A stretch of 63,984 nt of DNA, filler included, from Octopus bimaculoides (lineage: Eukaryota), in assembly GCF_001194135.2 (NCBI RefSeq). It is 7 parts of 5 records of this genome, joined end to end, with 100 filler letters (N's around TTAATTAATTAA, not from the genome) between each part and the next. Parts side by side here need not be neighbours in the genome. Positions count along the whole stretch, not along the records: positions 31,774 to 44,538 come from NC_068990.1; positions 44,639 to 50,232 come from NC_068983.1; 5 more parts are not named here. One strand, given 5' to 3'. Shown one piece after another: positions 35,594 through 48,982 of the stretch. Position 1 is the stretch's first letter. Each line of letters begins with the position of its first letter. The translations under genes were made by a program, and so were the position numbers. Under the pieces are notes generated by a model, which did not search any database, was not told the DNA's origin, and was given only the letters and a program-made list of their open reading frames with translations.

Positions 35594-37765
35594 GAGAGAG
35601 AAGAGGGTAAGGAAATAATTTTGGTCAAACCATACAGCAGCCATAATAACAAGTGTGATCTCTGCATAACCAAGGTCTTATCTATTTTGCAATCTACGGA
35701 TTGTTTTAATGAACGCAACAGTATAAGTATAATTTTTACCTGCAAACATCGATCACAAAATCTATTCTCAAAATACAAATTACAATAACCCCACCATGCT
35801 TCTTTCCCCCCCCCTCTTATTTACCCTTCCTACCACTATATATTAAACTAAAAATATATATTCCCTTTAATTTCTTACTCTCATAAAAACACCAAGTACA
35901 GAGGTCAATTCATTCGACTAGAAATGCATCAAGGAAATGCTCCAGCCTGGCTGTAGTCTAATAACTGAAACAAGTAAAAGAAAATAAATACGCATATTCT
36001 TAAGTGAACTGCTTCTTGAGAAATACGCAAAAGACTTTAGCGATGGGTATAAGCACTTTCATATTTTACAGTAGATTTTAAGAATTAATATGTTTATATC
36101 TACGCTTCTTAATTCTACGCTAGTAGTTAATGAAATATTTTGTATTCTTAAATTCATTATAAAACAATGTCTTATAACAAGTTGAATAATCCTTCATAAC
36201 TTTACTCGTAGGTAAATAGTGATAAATTTCTTATCAACTTTTGGATGTCAATAGTGTACTTAGAAAATTTAGTTATGTAATCAGTAGCTTCTTTGTGCAT
36301 TTTACAGTGAGGAAATTAGTAAAAGGATCGATTCAAAGTCACATCTGAGAAATTCATTATAGATAGATTTTTGTCTAATGTGATTGAAAGAGGAAAACTA
36401 TTGAAAAAGAGTATCTGACACTTCAGAAATATATCTATAGTGTATGAACCACGTTTATTCATGATCAAATGACCATCATCCTGATATATATAATTCCTTT
36501 TGAATTAAGGGTGTCTTCTTTAAGTTGTTCTTGTATAATGTCAGTATTTCCAGTCAAATCGCTCGCTCGCATCATCAGGTCAAATGCAAATTTATTACAC
36601 AAAAATAATCATCAAAGTCTTTTTCTGTTTATTTCGAAATAGTTAATGTCCGTTATTGCTTTATTTTATCGCTCTTAACTAACAACGGTAAAACCATATT
36701 ATCAATGTATAGTAAATACTGATGTCGAATTGGAAAAATCTAGTTAGGCTCTAGATAGAAATACTTTTAATTAAATCCATCACTACAAAAATTACTCTTC
36801 AAAACAAAGCAAATAAATAATCTCTTATCCTAGTCTTATTTTAATCAAAGAAAACCCGTGATAAATTCGAAGTACATCACTCAACTACGGTTGTGGTTGA
36901 ATAATATTCTTAAGGCTGCAATTCACCCACACGCAGCATCTTTCAAGCTTTGTCGCTAATTCAGTTCTTAACCAAATTGAAAACTGTTAACATTTTTGAA
37001 GAGGACTGGTCCTTACTACATTTTGGTATAAAAAAATTGAGAGTTGGTCAAGTAGAAAAATGTTTGCATCAAAATTTGTAGCAACGTTATGGGAGAGTAA
37101 GTAATGCCTCCAATCAAGTTTAGATCTAAATAACTTTGTTTTTATTTTAAAAGCAAAATATATTTATCTTAGCTTCAATAATAGAAGAAAACATGAAGAA
37201 TTTCATAGTTTTGTTCCCATGCAACAAAAATTTGTATCAAAAAAGTTGTGAGGTAAAATATCATGAAAAATATAAAGCAAGAAATTGGATTTAAGTATAA
37301 TTGACTTTTTATTTTAAAAACAAACCATATTTTAATCAAGCTTAAATGATAGAGCTCAATTCGAGGAATTTCATGGTCTTTAAAAAGAGTTATGAGTGTT
37401 TGTTTCTCAAATTTGAGGTGAGAATATAGTTCTATACTTTTTTTATGAATATAGTTCCAGAAGGCGACTTTTAATATATGTCACCGGCATCATTGAGGTG
37501 AGGAAAAAATTATCAACGACGCCGCTAATTTGCAATTAGTTTAATTACCTCAATGTATTAAAAATTAAAATACTATTTAGAAATTTTAAAAATTTATTAT
37601 TCAATTTTCAATAAGGTAAAATCTTAAATTATTAATTGACACATTATTAATTAGAATAATAGCATATCCTGAAAAAGTCATAGATGACATGGAAAAATGC
37701 GAGTAAGAGAAATAAAATTCTTAAGACTATATACTTAGGAAAAGTACAGGACAAGTTATTACACT

Positions 37766-38410
37766 TTGAAAAGTTCAGGACAAGTTGTTACATCTGGTAA
37801 AGTACAGAACAAGAAACATTTTACTTAAAATATTGCAGTTAAGGATAAAATTTGAATATTAGAATTATTTGATTTTAATTTACAAAGTAACATTATAATT
37901 AAAAAAGGTACCATCATTTTGTTAAAAGATTAACACACTAGTATACTTAAAAAAGGAAAGCCAAAGGTACCAATATAGCTAAAGTTTTATGCAAAGTAGA
38001 ATAGTATATATGGTAGGCTAATTCATTTTGTAAAAAAAAAAATAGGCATTGGGTCAAGAATAAAAGAAGACTTGGAAATAATTTAGGCAACAACTCAAGC
38101 AAATTCTACAGTGAATTTGTTGTTATAGGTAGATTTTACTGTAATATATAGCTAATGTTTGCATTATTCTATTTATTGTACTTACTAATTATGTACTACT
38201 ATTATTTTTTATAGCCTATTTTCAAATTTAGGTGAAAAAAATATTTTGAGTTATTTTTTATTTTTAATAGCAGTAATAACTTGTAATAACATTTTTAGTT
38301 TTAATAAAAACTAATATTTGAAGTTTTGTCCTTAGCTGCAATATTTTAAGTAAAAATGTTCTTGTTCTGTACTTTACCAGATGTAATAACCTGTTCGAAA
38401 CTTTTCCAAG
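37766..38410. mobile_element. MITE-like unit with about 100-bp inverted repeats (37766-37862 / 38311-38410)
   Basis: TTACATCTGGTAAAGTACAGAACAAGAA.CATTTTACTTAAAATATTGCAG.TAAGGA.AAAA is present in both orientations. Confidence 0.85.
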
Positions 38411-38419
38411 GTTTATAAT

Positions 38420-39200
38420 CTTAAGAATATTGTTTCTCTTGCTCGCATTTTTCCATGTAATAGATTATGAAGCTATAATTTTGGATCCTTCTTTTATGGA
38501 ATGTTAAACACATACGAATACAATTTATTATTTTCTTCATGCAAAGAAAAACATTACCAAATATTCTCTTGCTAAGTTTACTAGTATCCGACTTTGTAGG
38601 GTTAATCGATAATATAGATGTGGTTTTCTTGTGAAAAGTAAGCTGTGATCGTTTGGTGTTAAAGGAGTTACAGTAGTTAGTGGCTCGTACCAATCTGGAA
38701 GAATTTGTGAAGCCCAAATAGTTGACATCATTTCTATCAGTACCAGTTAAGTACTGGAGTCGATGTAATCGACTTAATCCCTTTGTCTGTCCTTGTTTGT
38801 CCCCTCTATGTTTAGCCCCTTGTGGGCAATAAAGAAATAAGAATCATTTCTTTCAGTACGAACAATACCATAGCAACCATTAAAGACCCTATCAAATAAA
38901 GATCTTTGGTAAAGAGATCCTTTCAGCATGATACAATAGCAAGTCTTGTCAGAATGGAGGAAGACAGCACTAGAATTGCTTTCCTTTCTTTAAATCATTT
39001 TGAAATGAATTGCTTCTCATTCTGGATTTAAGTCTTCGAACGAGTGTAAATTGAAAATAAATCTTTCACAAAAGATGTCACCGACAGGTTACCGGGAAGA
39101 TATTTGTACAGTTTCAATCTAAATTATTCTGGTTGTTTACGAAGCTTCTTGTTGTATATTGAAATAGACAATACATCTCGCTTCCTTTTAAATATATTAC
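38420..39200 (-). mobile_element. Possible Mutator (MULE) transposase C-terminal remnant, interrupted by a SINE tail at about 38730-38860
   Basis: TIWAS followed, after a frame change, by RATNYCNSFNTK resembles the MULE IWA...RTTNxCESFH motif. Heavily decayed. Confidence 0.35.
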
Positions 39201-39439
39201 CCTTTCTGATTTTAACAACAACGTGACACATTCTGAGCTCATGAAATTTTAGACGTTGATCTGATAACTCAATCCCAGGGAAGATAAACAAGGTTTACTG
39301 TAGGGGTTAATTTATAATAAATTACATTTAAGATCTTATTTTGTTATACAGCAAAATAATTAGAGATCTCCAGTTCAATTCTTGCCTATCACGTGCATGC
39401 ATTCTTTTATATTTTTATAAAAGTAAATATCTAATGCCT

Positions 39440-39630
39440 CCCCTTTCACCTAAAGATATTAAGACAAACACTTTTCTCTTCGGCCAATCTTTCATTAACT
39501 TTTTCAATTTTCACTTGGAAAGGAAGATGAGGGTGGGGAGAGAAGTGCTGCGTCCCAGTGCATTTGCTAAAAGGTGGATGAATGTAGCTGAAATGGCCCT
39601 TGTGAGTGGACCTACTCTAATAATGCGTAA
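39440..39630 (+). mobile_element. L1/Tx1-like ORF2 C-terminal remnant
   Basis: IKTNTFLFGQSFINFFNFHLERKMRVGREVLRPSAFAKRWMNVAEM resembles Tx1-type ORF2 ends. Confidence 0.5.
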
Positions 39631-39814
39631 TTTCCACAGAGCTCCCAATGGATCATTCTTGCCACATTGTCATGTCATCGTTTGTAATCGCGTTGTGCCA
39701 AATTCGGATACTCGCTAACGATACGCTGTACCGTTTCACCACTCACACGACACATTCTGTATGTGTTGCTCTCGACAGTGTTATCGATTCTGCACTTCAC
39801 ATAGCTAACCCTTA

Positions 39815-40090
39815 TTATTACTTCCGCCTCCGCCTTAGCGGAGGTATTGTTTTCAGTCGTGCTTGTTTGTTCGTGGATGGATTAGGAAGAAACTTTCAGG
39901 GATGTTACGCCTCGTGACTGGCACGAACTGATTAGATTTTGGGATCGATTCGGTATAGGACAAGGATGCTAGATTATTTTTCCTGTTTTTTTTTTACTTA
40001 ATTTTTGAGAGCGGTCAGGTTCATTTTTAGTATTCTTGTTTGTGAGAGTAGTCGAGTTTATTTCAGATATTCTCACTTTAAAAAGTCATC
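39815..40090 (+). mobile_element. Helentron-associated (HINE/DINE-like) non-autonomous fragment
   Basis: Starts TTACTTCCGCCTCCGCCTTAGCGGAGGTATTGTTTTCAGTCG...GTTTG, similar to the HINE start motif as recalled. Confidence 0.4.
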
Positions 40091-40778
40091 TCTGGCTAAT
40101 CGTGCAATGAAAGAAACTGAAAAATAAACCAATACCCATGTGTTGCATTCGGACCGAAGGCTTGTTCAGAATACTTACAAATACGGAGACTCCGGTCTGT
40201 GTACTCACGAACCAGATACTGGTATAAAATATAGTGTTGAATTTTGTCTACCATCCAAGCAACAGTACTGTGCACTCAAACGGTTACTACAAACTTTCCG
40301 CTCATCAAACTTCACACAGAATGCTTTTAGTGAGCCAAAACTATGATGTGAGAGAGTTTGCCGCGCTGTGAAATTGAAACAGTGATCCCATTCCAAACTT
40401 GGCTCATACGGTATGTCGATATTCAGTTTAGTTCAATTTGTCTATATTACGAAAAAATTGTAAAATATAAAACAAAATAAATGATATTTATATACCTTGA
40501 GCATGTGTACATCTCTCGCTCTTTGAGGATGTCTATGTACGTACGTATGTTTGTATGCATATGTTATATTTGTCTGCGTAGGCATATATTTATATTTAAG
40601 TACACATTTAAGCACTTCTTTATATCTAGATGTGAAGCATCATCAATTATTCAGTTATTCGTTTTAGCAAGCACTCTAATTCGAATACAATTTATATTAG
40701 AAGTTAGAAAAACCTATAGTTCACATAAATTCAGTCTATATAAAAGAAAATATACAATAATACTCCAAAATATCGGCA

Positions 40779-40819
<41 letters not shown>

Positions 40820-42019
40820 ATGTATGTATGTATATATGTAAATAATTATGCACACGCAATCAGGCACATACAAAATCTACACATGCGATTATACATTATT
40901 TATTGCGAAATATACACACTCACAAACGCACATGCAAATACATATATTAATGTATACACACACGCATACACCCGTATGCCTACACACACACACATATATA
41001 TATGTTCTGCATGTGTGATGTGTGAGTGTTTGTGTGCGTGTGTGTGTGTGTGTGTGTGTGCATTATCTACCTGCTGTTGCAACATTTTTTTTTTTAAATC
41101 TAATAAATTAATTTGTCTTTGCTATCAGATTTTAGAGATAACAACCAATTTTCATCTGAGAAAACAACACCAACATTAACTTCTTCGTCATCATCATCAT
41201 CTAATAAGAACAAAATAAACAAAATATAACGGATCGGAAACAACACCAAGAAAAGAAATTTCTTAATTTACAGCCTGTTTGGAAATAGGAAGAAAACAAA
41301 TACTTGTTTATATACAAACAGGAGAAAATACTACATGGTAATATGTAATTAGTATATTATCCCTCTGCCTGATTATTCCGCCCTCGAAATGTGTTTTGTT
41401 TAGATATTTAGCTACTCAAAGCAGATGAATGTAACTTTTGCTCAAATTGCTTCCCAGTGAAATCACATACGCATACAGTTAAATAATATGAAAAGGATAT
41501 GCACTGTATTTCTTTCAATTAATCATTCTTGCTTTTATTTACATGAAAAGGAATTAAGAAATATACTAGAACGAAAGTGAATTTTTTTTTATCTCGGTTT
41601 GTTCAGTCTTTCTTAATCATTGTAATGTTCTTTTGCAGGCGAGCTGAAATAAAATTAAGTTTGCAGATTTAATTTTTTAAAAATGCTTTTCTCGGCAAAC
41701 TCACTAACACTAAGGCGTTTACGTATTGCTTTTCCTCTTTTTTTTTTTATTAAACATATTTAGGAAAAATTTCTCTTCCAGATTATTTTTTGGAAATGTA
41801 TTGGGTCAATTAAGTTACTTTCACTTTTTTAAAAGCTGTTTATTTCTCAAATAAAAAGTTTATATAATATCAACTATGAAACTTTCAATGATTATATCAA
41901 ATATTAAGCACAAATGAATACTGAACCATTATGGATATATCGACGGATATTGTCCATCCTGAAGTGTCAGGTATCTAGACATTCCTACATGGAAATCATA
42001 AAGTATATAAGTCAATAAT

Positions 42020-42262
42020 GTTGTTGTTGTTGGCACTCCGTCGCTTACAACGTCGAGGGTTCCAGTTGATCCGATCAACGGAACAGCCTTAACGTAGTTC
42101 TCGGGGATATTCAGCGTGACACAGTGTGACAAGGCTGACCCTTTGAATTACAGGCACAACAGAAACAGGAAGTAAGAGTGAGAGAAAGTTGTGGTGAAAG
42201 ATACAGCAGGGTTCGACACCATCCCCTGCCGGAGCCTCGTGGAGTTTTAGGTGTTTTCGCTC
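42020..42262 (-). mobile_element. 5'-truncated family C SINE with an 11-bp target-site duplication
   Basis: Matches 51320-51702, ends in (CAA)n, and is flanked by AAGTCAATAAT at 42009-42019 and 42263-42273. Confidence 0.9.
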
Positions 42263-43320
42263 AAGTCAATAATAAAGCCATCATAATATGTCTTAGGAAA
42301 TCAATGGCTTATTTTTCATTTTTCCTCAAGCTTTTCTGAAGAACATTCTAGAAAAGGATGTGAAATCAAGCAGAATACTCAAGCAATTTACATGGCATGA
42401 TGGATTATAACATCGGTCCGGAATCTGTATTTATACAAGTTCGGCAGCTGAAGAGTAATGCCCAAGGAAACATTCTAAATACAATCCACAGTGGTTTTTG
42501 GTCTATCGAACTAATTTGAAAGAGAGAACTTGGTTTTTAATTGCTTACATCTCAATCAATGTTTAGCTAATTATCTAGTCAATTACTTCTACCAAGAGGC
42601 ATCAGTTATTTTATGCTGTTAAATTAGAATATTCCTCGCGAGAGTAAAACACACTGCTATATGATCCGTGCGAGTCCATTGCACAGAGGGAAGTATATAC
42701 TGTTGGTGCCTGGGGAAATTAATAATTGTAATGAACAAGTTGAAAATACAGGATATATTGTGATCGAAAAAAAAAATAGACGAATTAGCTAAAGGAAATG
42801 GGCATGTGCAGGCGGAGGAGGTATATCGTTATATATATTAGAGAGCGTTAGAGGAAGAGGAATGAATACAAATGAGTCAAATGTTCACAGCATATTTGAT
42901 TCTCGATTAAAAAAGTTCAAGGTTTCTGTCACAGATGTGTCACAGATGTTCAATAATACATAATTGTCTGTCGTATTCCATCCAATATACTGAATTGCTA
43001 TGATCTGACACGAAACAAAGAGAAAGCCTTCCCATCAGACAAATATCCGTCAAATGCACCTTAGTGACCTAAAAAAGAAAACAGTTAATGTAAACCTAGT
43101 TATCCTAAGTCAGAAGACATTTTCGCATCTGGTAAGCGTTTCATTGTAGGTCAGCTGGATTAGAGCTAATATAGATTTGAGAAGTTCGACCAAAAATTAC
43201 ACGAAGACAGAAAATCTTGGCAATGCATATATTACTAACTATAGAACTGATGATACAAAATACGCGGGCATACATCTATATACTTATATCTCTGGACATA
43301 TGTTGATATATATATACAGA

Positions 43321-43423
<103 letters not shown>

Positions 43424-43830
43424 GTACAGGGTGCCCGTAAAGTTACTAGACCGTTAGGCTGAAAACAACTCCATGATACGATTTCTGAGACATATGTAAG
43501 AAGCCCAAAGAAATCAATTCGCAGTGGTAGTTCAGAAATTGGTATCAAATGATCATCACTACATAAAATACTTACAAAACTCAATATGAAACCCTACATC
43601 CTGCGCCTAATTCACGGACATCTGAAGGATGATCTTGATCGCCGGTCTCAGTTTTGCGAGCAGTTTGTAAGTCAAGGAGGCCAAGAAGTATTCAATATCT
43701 TCGGCAGTTCATTATTGATGCATTTCCTAACCTTGATCCAGAACTTGTGTACCAAAGTTTATCACAGTGTGCTTTCACGTTGTCGAGAATGTATTGAAGC
43801 TAATGGCTTACATACGTACTTAAATTTAAG
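43424..43830 (+). mobile_element. Tc1/mariner (maT-like) internally deleted remnant
   Basis: TACAGGGTG start; RSPKKSIRSGSSEIGI...LNMKPYILRLIHGHLKDDLDRRSQFCEQF and SVLSRCRECIEANG. Confidence 0.7.
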
Positions 43831-44662
43831 AATTCTGTATGTAAACAATCCAGAACATTTACTGCTTTAAGCATGCGTAATCTTGCTCTATCATACACAC
43901 TGATAGGCCCATCCATCCGTACACCACTACTTTACTTATTTGCGGTAGATCTAATCAAAGACGTCTATAGGAAGTTGCGCCGTAAACATTTTTGCCGTAG
44001 GAGAATTCGTAGTAAGTAATTTCGCTTTAAATAACCTCGTCACGTTTCTTTTACTTATATTTTGAAGTTTCATGTTGAATAAAGACTTGCCCATTTAATT
44101 CTTTTACTAAACCATTTACCATATTTGTTCTTGTATTATGAACAATTCTGATATATTATCCATATGACGAAATTGTCTTAAAGGGATGAGCTGGAGATAG
44201 AAATATAGCGTTGTATATTTAAATCAGGCATGTTATTTCATTTTACCTATCTTAGAGTCAGGATATCATTTCTCTTGGCATATTTTATCTCATTATCCAA
44301 CTTCATTATTAGATGATGTGATAAAACTTTCAAACGAGAACTGATTTTTTCTCTGTGTGTGTGTGTGTGAAGGTGCATGTTCGCATGGCACAGTGGTTTC
44401 AGTTTCAATGTTGACAAATGAAAATATTTTTAATTTGTCAACATTGAAACTTTTAAAGATGTTTTTCTAATTCATAATTTTAATTTTTTACCATTGATAA
44501 ACAAAAAAAAAATATTATTGAAACTAGTTTGGTATATANNNNNNNNNNNNNNNNNNNNNNNNNNNNNNNNNNNNNNNNNNNNTTAATTAATTAANNNNNN
44601 NNNNNNNNNNNNNNNNNNNNNNNNNNNNNNNNNNNNNNTATATATATATATATATATATATT

Positions 44663-45232
44663 GGCTTTCCTACAGATGTGTACCCACCCCAAATTTGTTT
44701 CCTCATAACTTCCAGAAAAATGAATATTTCTAAATGAAATTTTCTACAAATATGCTTCAGATGATGTAGAGTTTGATTATACCAGATTATGTGATGGAAA
44801 TTTTCTTCCGGAAGTGGGACGATGAGTTTCGGGAAATTCACACGAGACGGTTTTCTTTACTCATGACTTTCATAAAAATGGTTAATTTTTTTTTATGACA
44901 TGTTCGATAAATACCTTTCAGAGTGTGTAGATTCTGATTATATCGGAATCCAATATGAAAAACAAAATTAGTGGGCATACATAGCACACACATACATAGC
45001 AACACACGTAATGTGTGTACAAAACGAAACTTGAAATTTCGAAAAAAAATGTGATGCGTGTTAGTATGTATGTGTGTGTGTGCTCACTGTTTTATTTTTC
45101 ACATCCAATTCCGATATAATCGTAATTTATACAGTTTCAAAAATATTTGTAGAAAATTTCATTAAAAACCACCCATTTTTCTGAAAGTTATGAGGAAACA
45201 AAGTCGGTGGGGTACACATCTATGGGAATGCC
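44663..45232. mobile_element. MITE with long inverted arms
   Basis: GGCTTTCCTACAGATGTGTACCC...TTTGTTTCCTCATAACTT.CAGAAAAATG...AATGAAATTTTCTACAAATAT is mirrored at about 45140-45232. Confidence 0.85.
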
Positions 45233-45248
45233 TATACATACATTTGCT

Positions 45249-45584
45249 GAGACCCCCTTCGGTCATGACTGACCATGGGATTGCACCTAGAAAGTTACCC
45301 TCTGTGGCACAAGTCTGGGCAACGTTGTTTGTGGAAGACCAGCAGTCGCCCATGCATACCGGCCTCCCTTCTCCACGCTACTGATGTTATCCAAAGGAAA
45401 GGCAAAGGGGCCGATACAGCTTGGCACCAGTAACGTTGCAACTCATTTCTACAGCTGAGTGAACTGGAGCAACGTGAAATAAAGTGTCTTGCTCAAGAAC
45501 ACAACACACAGCCCGGTCCGGGATTCGAACTCACAACCTCACGATCGTAAGCTCGACGCTCTAACCACTGAGCCATACACCTCC
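45249..45584 (-). mobile_element. tRNA-derived SINE with CORE-like domain
   Basis: GGAGGTGTATGGCTCAGTGGTTAGAG...GAGTTCGAATCCCGG, then TTGAGCAAGACACTTTATTTCACGTTGCTCCAGTTCACTCAGCTGTAGAAATGAG, then a distinct tail. Confidence 0.85.
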
Positions 45585-45597
45585 ACACACACGCACA

Positions 45598-45632
<35 letters not shown>

Positions 45633-45882
45633 ACCAAAATATATGTCTTTAAGTGCTACTATTAGTTTCATGTGCTGAGAGCATGCCAAACAGTGTTTTT
45701 AACATGTCTAGTGTCCTAGCACAATCATCAGACACTGCCTACACAGCAAAATGAACTAAAAACTACCCACCCATAGAAATACTTTTTCACAATAAATTCC
45801 GATATAAGCAGAATCTACATCATCTGAAGCATATTCATCAAAAATTTCATTAAAAAAATATCCATTTAAAAAAAAATCTTAC

Positions 45883-45916
<34 letters not shown>

Positions 45917-46544
45917 ATTGTATGGATGGCTGGATGTATATACATGCATATACAGTAAAAATATGGGTTTTAGAAGGGAAAAGAGATGACAATACACTGT
46001 ATTGATTGGAAGATTTTTCCATGGTCATTGAAATATATTTTTGGAGACTTCATACATTCATATATACATATATCATCATCATCGTCGTCATTTAACGTCT
46101 GTATTCCATGCTGGCATGGGTTGGACAGTTTGACAAGAGCTGCTTGGGCCCCATCTCTGTTTTGGCATCGTTTCAACAGCAACATGCCTTTCCTACAACC
46201 ACTTTACAGAGTGTACTGGATGCTTTTACACAGCACCAGCATGGGCGTTTTACATAGCACTAACATGGGTGCTTTTTATGTGGCACCAGCACCCATGAGC
46301 CTGCAGGATTAGGATCACTCAACTGAAGTGGGATATAGGGGACATGCCTGTATGTAAGGACAGCCATTTGCCTAGCTTGGCATGTCTTCTCAGGCACAGC
46401 AAACTGCCACAAGTCTCAGTCCCTTCTCATCCCCTCTGTGAGGCTCAATGTCTGAAGATCCTTTCTCATCTCTTTGTCTTGGGTCTACCCCTTCCACACA
46501 TTTCCTCCGCAATTAGGGGTTGGTACTTATTGATACAGACATAT

Positions 46545-46632
46545 TCGTATATATATATACATACATATATGTATGTATATATATACATACATATATGTAT
46601 GTATATATACATACATATATTCGTATATATAC

Positions 46633-46727
<95 letters not shown>

Positions 46728-46750
46728 TACACATACATATATATATATGC
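46545..46750. repeat. Compound (AT)n/(TACA)n microsatellite
   Basis: Direct repeats. One of many CA, AT, AG, AAT and GAT tracts (e.g. 30665-30795, 43329-43421, 52279-52388, 63045-63180). Confidence 0.95.
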
Positions 46751-48117
46751 TGCAACTGTAGATGTCCTAACTTAACTATTTATTATTCATTGACTGGTAG
46801 GAAACTTATGTTCTAGATATAATTCCTCATCATTCCTTATCATTCATCATTCATTATCATTCATCATCATTCCTTATCATTCATCATTCATCATTCATTA
46901 TCATTCATCATCATTCATTATAATTCTATGCTCGAGGTAATTTTTTTCTGCAGCCATCATGGAATATAGCCTTACTGGGAAGTAGGTGAAGGTTGGCGAC
47001 AGGAAGGGCATCCAGCTGTAGAAAATCCATCCCAACAAATTCTGACTCATGCAAACATGGAAAAAAATGGATACTAGTGGATATTAGGTGGTAGTGGTGG
47101 TGATGGTGGTGATCATGGTCCCGATGATGATGGTGATGATGTATCACAAAGTTTAATCCTTTCAATAGACCCATTTAACCCCATACACTGAGGTTTTGAT
47201 GTATTTGAACCCAGATTATTGTTGACCGAACAGTCTTTACTTGTTCTATTTTTGTTGGATATAAACTTTTAATAATCTCAAATGAATTTTGTTCTTAATT
47301 TAAACCAAAACAAAAAAAAAATCCAGTATATATATATATATATATATATTCATTAGATGTTTGTGGTTAATAATTATTGAAGCTTAAAGAAATCCAACTC
47401 TGTCATGGAGAACAGAATTACACAAGACTAAAAGCAATGAAAATGGTGTATCATCAGTTGTAGTAATATGAGCTAAGGGTTTGAAATATAAAGGATTAGC
47501 TGAGGAATCAGGGTTAAAGCTTAATGTCTACCAAACCCAAGTGGCAATAAAGGAAATTAAAATTTTAGCATTTATTACTCACTCTCCCACTGTACTACAC
47601 CTGCCCCCCCTCTCTCTCTTTCTCGCAACTCAACTTACTGCTCATCATCTCTCTCTCTCTCTCTTTTCTTCCTTTCTCTCTTCTATCATCATTACTATTC
47701 TGCTATTTTCCCACCCCCAATCATCATTGTTCACCCCACTTACCCACCATTTACTGCATTGCATCTCTATAGTTGTCACCTACCCTTCCCTACCTCCCAT
47801 AAGCCTCTCAACCCTTGTTCCTTACATTCACCCCCTTCTCCCAAATACTCTTACAACCTCCCCCCACTCACACTCCAAGTTCCTCCCCCACCCCACTCAT
47901 ACTTGTAATCACTTTCTACCCTGAAAGTCCACCCAGTTCACCCTTATTTTTATCCCTTTCTAGTTTGACCTCCCCAACCACTCCCACCCTCTCTTCTAAA
48001 ATATGACCAAACATGTGACCCCTCTACAACAAGAAACTTGTTTTGCTCTGGGCCCTTCTTTCATACTTTATAACCCTTCATCTCTGAGCAGAAAGCTGCC
48101 TGTCTCAGGGTTTATAG

Positions 48118-48307
48118 CAGCGTAGTTCTCAACCATGGCTCCCAGGGCCACATGCTACCCTCAAGTACCCTTCTCCAATGGTCTTCCTTCTATAAATATA
48201 ATAAATTTTTCTTTAATTTTGTTTTTTTATTGTTTTTGGTGTGTGGCCCATAAAAATGATCCTGGTTTTGGATCTAATCTGGATATTAAAATGGTTGAGA
48301 ACCACTG
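48118..48307. mobile_element. hAT (Charlie/MER5-like) MITE
   Basis: Ends CAGCGTAGTTCTCAACC and GGTTGAGAACCACTG. No clear 8-bp TSD. Confidence 0.55.
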
Positions 48308-48951
48308 TTTGTCATTTTGCAAATTGTAGAGCAACGTCACTAGTGCTGGTGGCACAAATAACAGCACCTGGTACATAATGTAAAGTGGTTTGCGTTAGGA
48401 AGGGCATCCAGCCATTGAAACCAAGCCAAAGCAGACAATTGGGGCACAATGCAATCGTTGGGGCCCTCACATACTGTCCTATGCCTGCATGGACCATTAA
48501 CTGATGATGACGACAATGGTGGTAGTGGTGATGGTGGTGATGACGATGATGACAACACCAATGGCGGTGAGGATGATTGATTGTATTTTACATGCCAAAA
48601 TAATTCTTTTATTAAACATTTTTGCCCTTATATTTCTATGTTTCTCTTTTCTAATATATTCATTCCTTATAAATTCTGTATTTTCAAGGTGGTGCCCCAG
48701 CATGGCTACTCTCTGACTGAAACAAGTAAAAGGTCAAAGATATCTCAATGTAATAAATGTTTTCATTAAAAAATTAAAATATTTTTAAAAACACACACAA
48801 AAAAACCTTTTATTTTCAGAAATTTTAATGTAATTTAGATTCTTTTATTTATTTTAAGTCAATTTTGTGAAGAATCACTTTCTTGATTACAGGTGTCCCA
48901 AGGACCAGTCATTGATTTTTCACATTTCTCAAGGAGAGGGAGTGACAAGGG

Positions 48952-48982
<31 letters not shown>

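Noticed and set aside
40140-40396. Short ORFs on both strands in apparently unique sequence
   Set aside because: No recognisable domain and no convincing splice-site pair.
41620-41670. Acceptor-like TTCTTTTGCAG
   Set aside because: No open exon or donor follows, and such motifs are common in AT-rich DNA.
46344-46816. ORFs with YIYI, HTHT or CVCV runs (many across the window)
   Set aside because: Translations of microsatellites.
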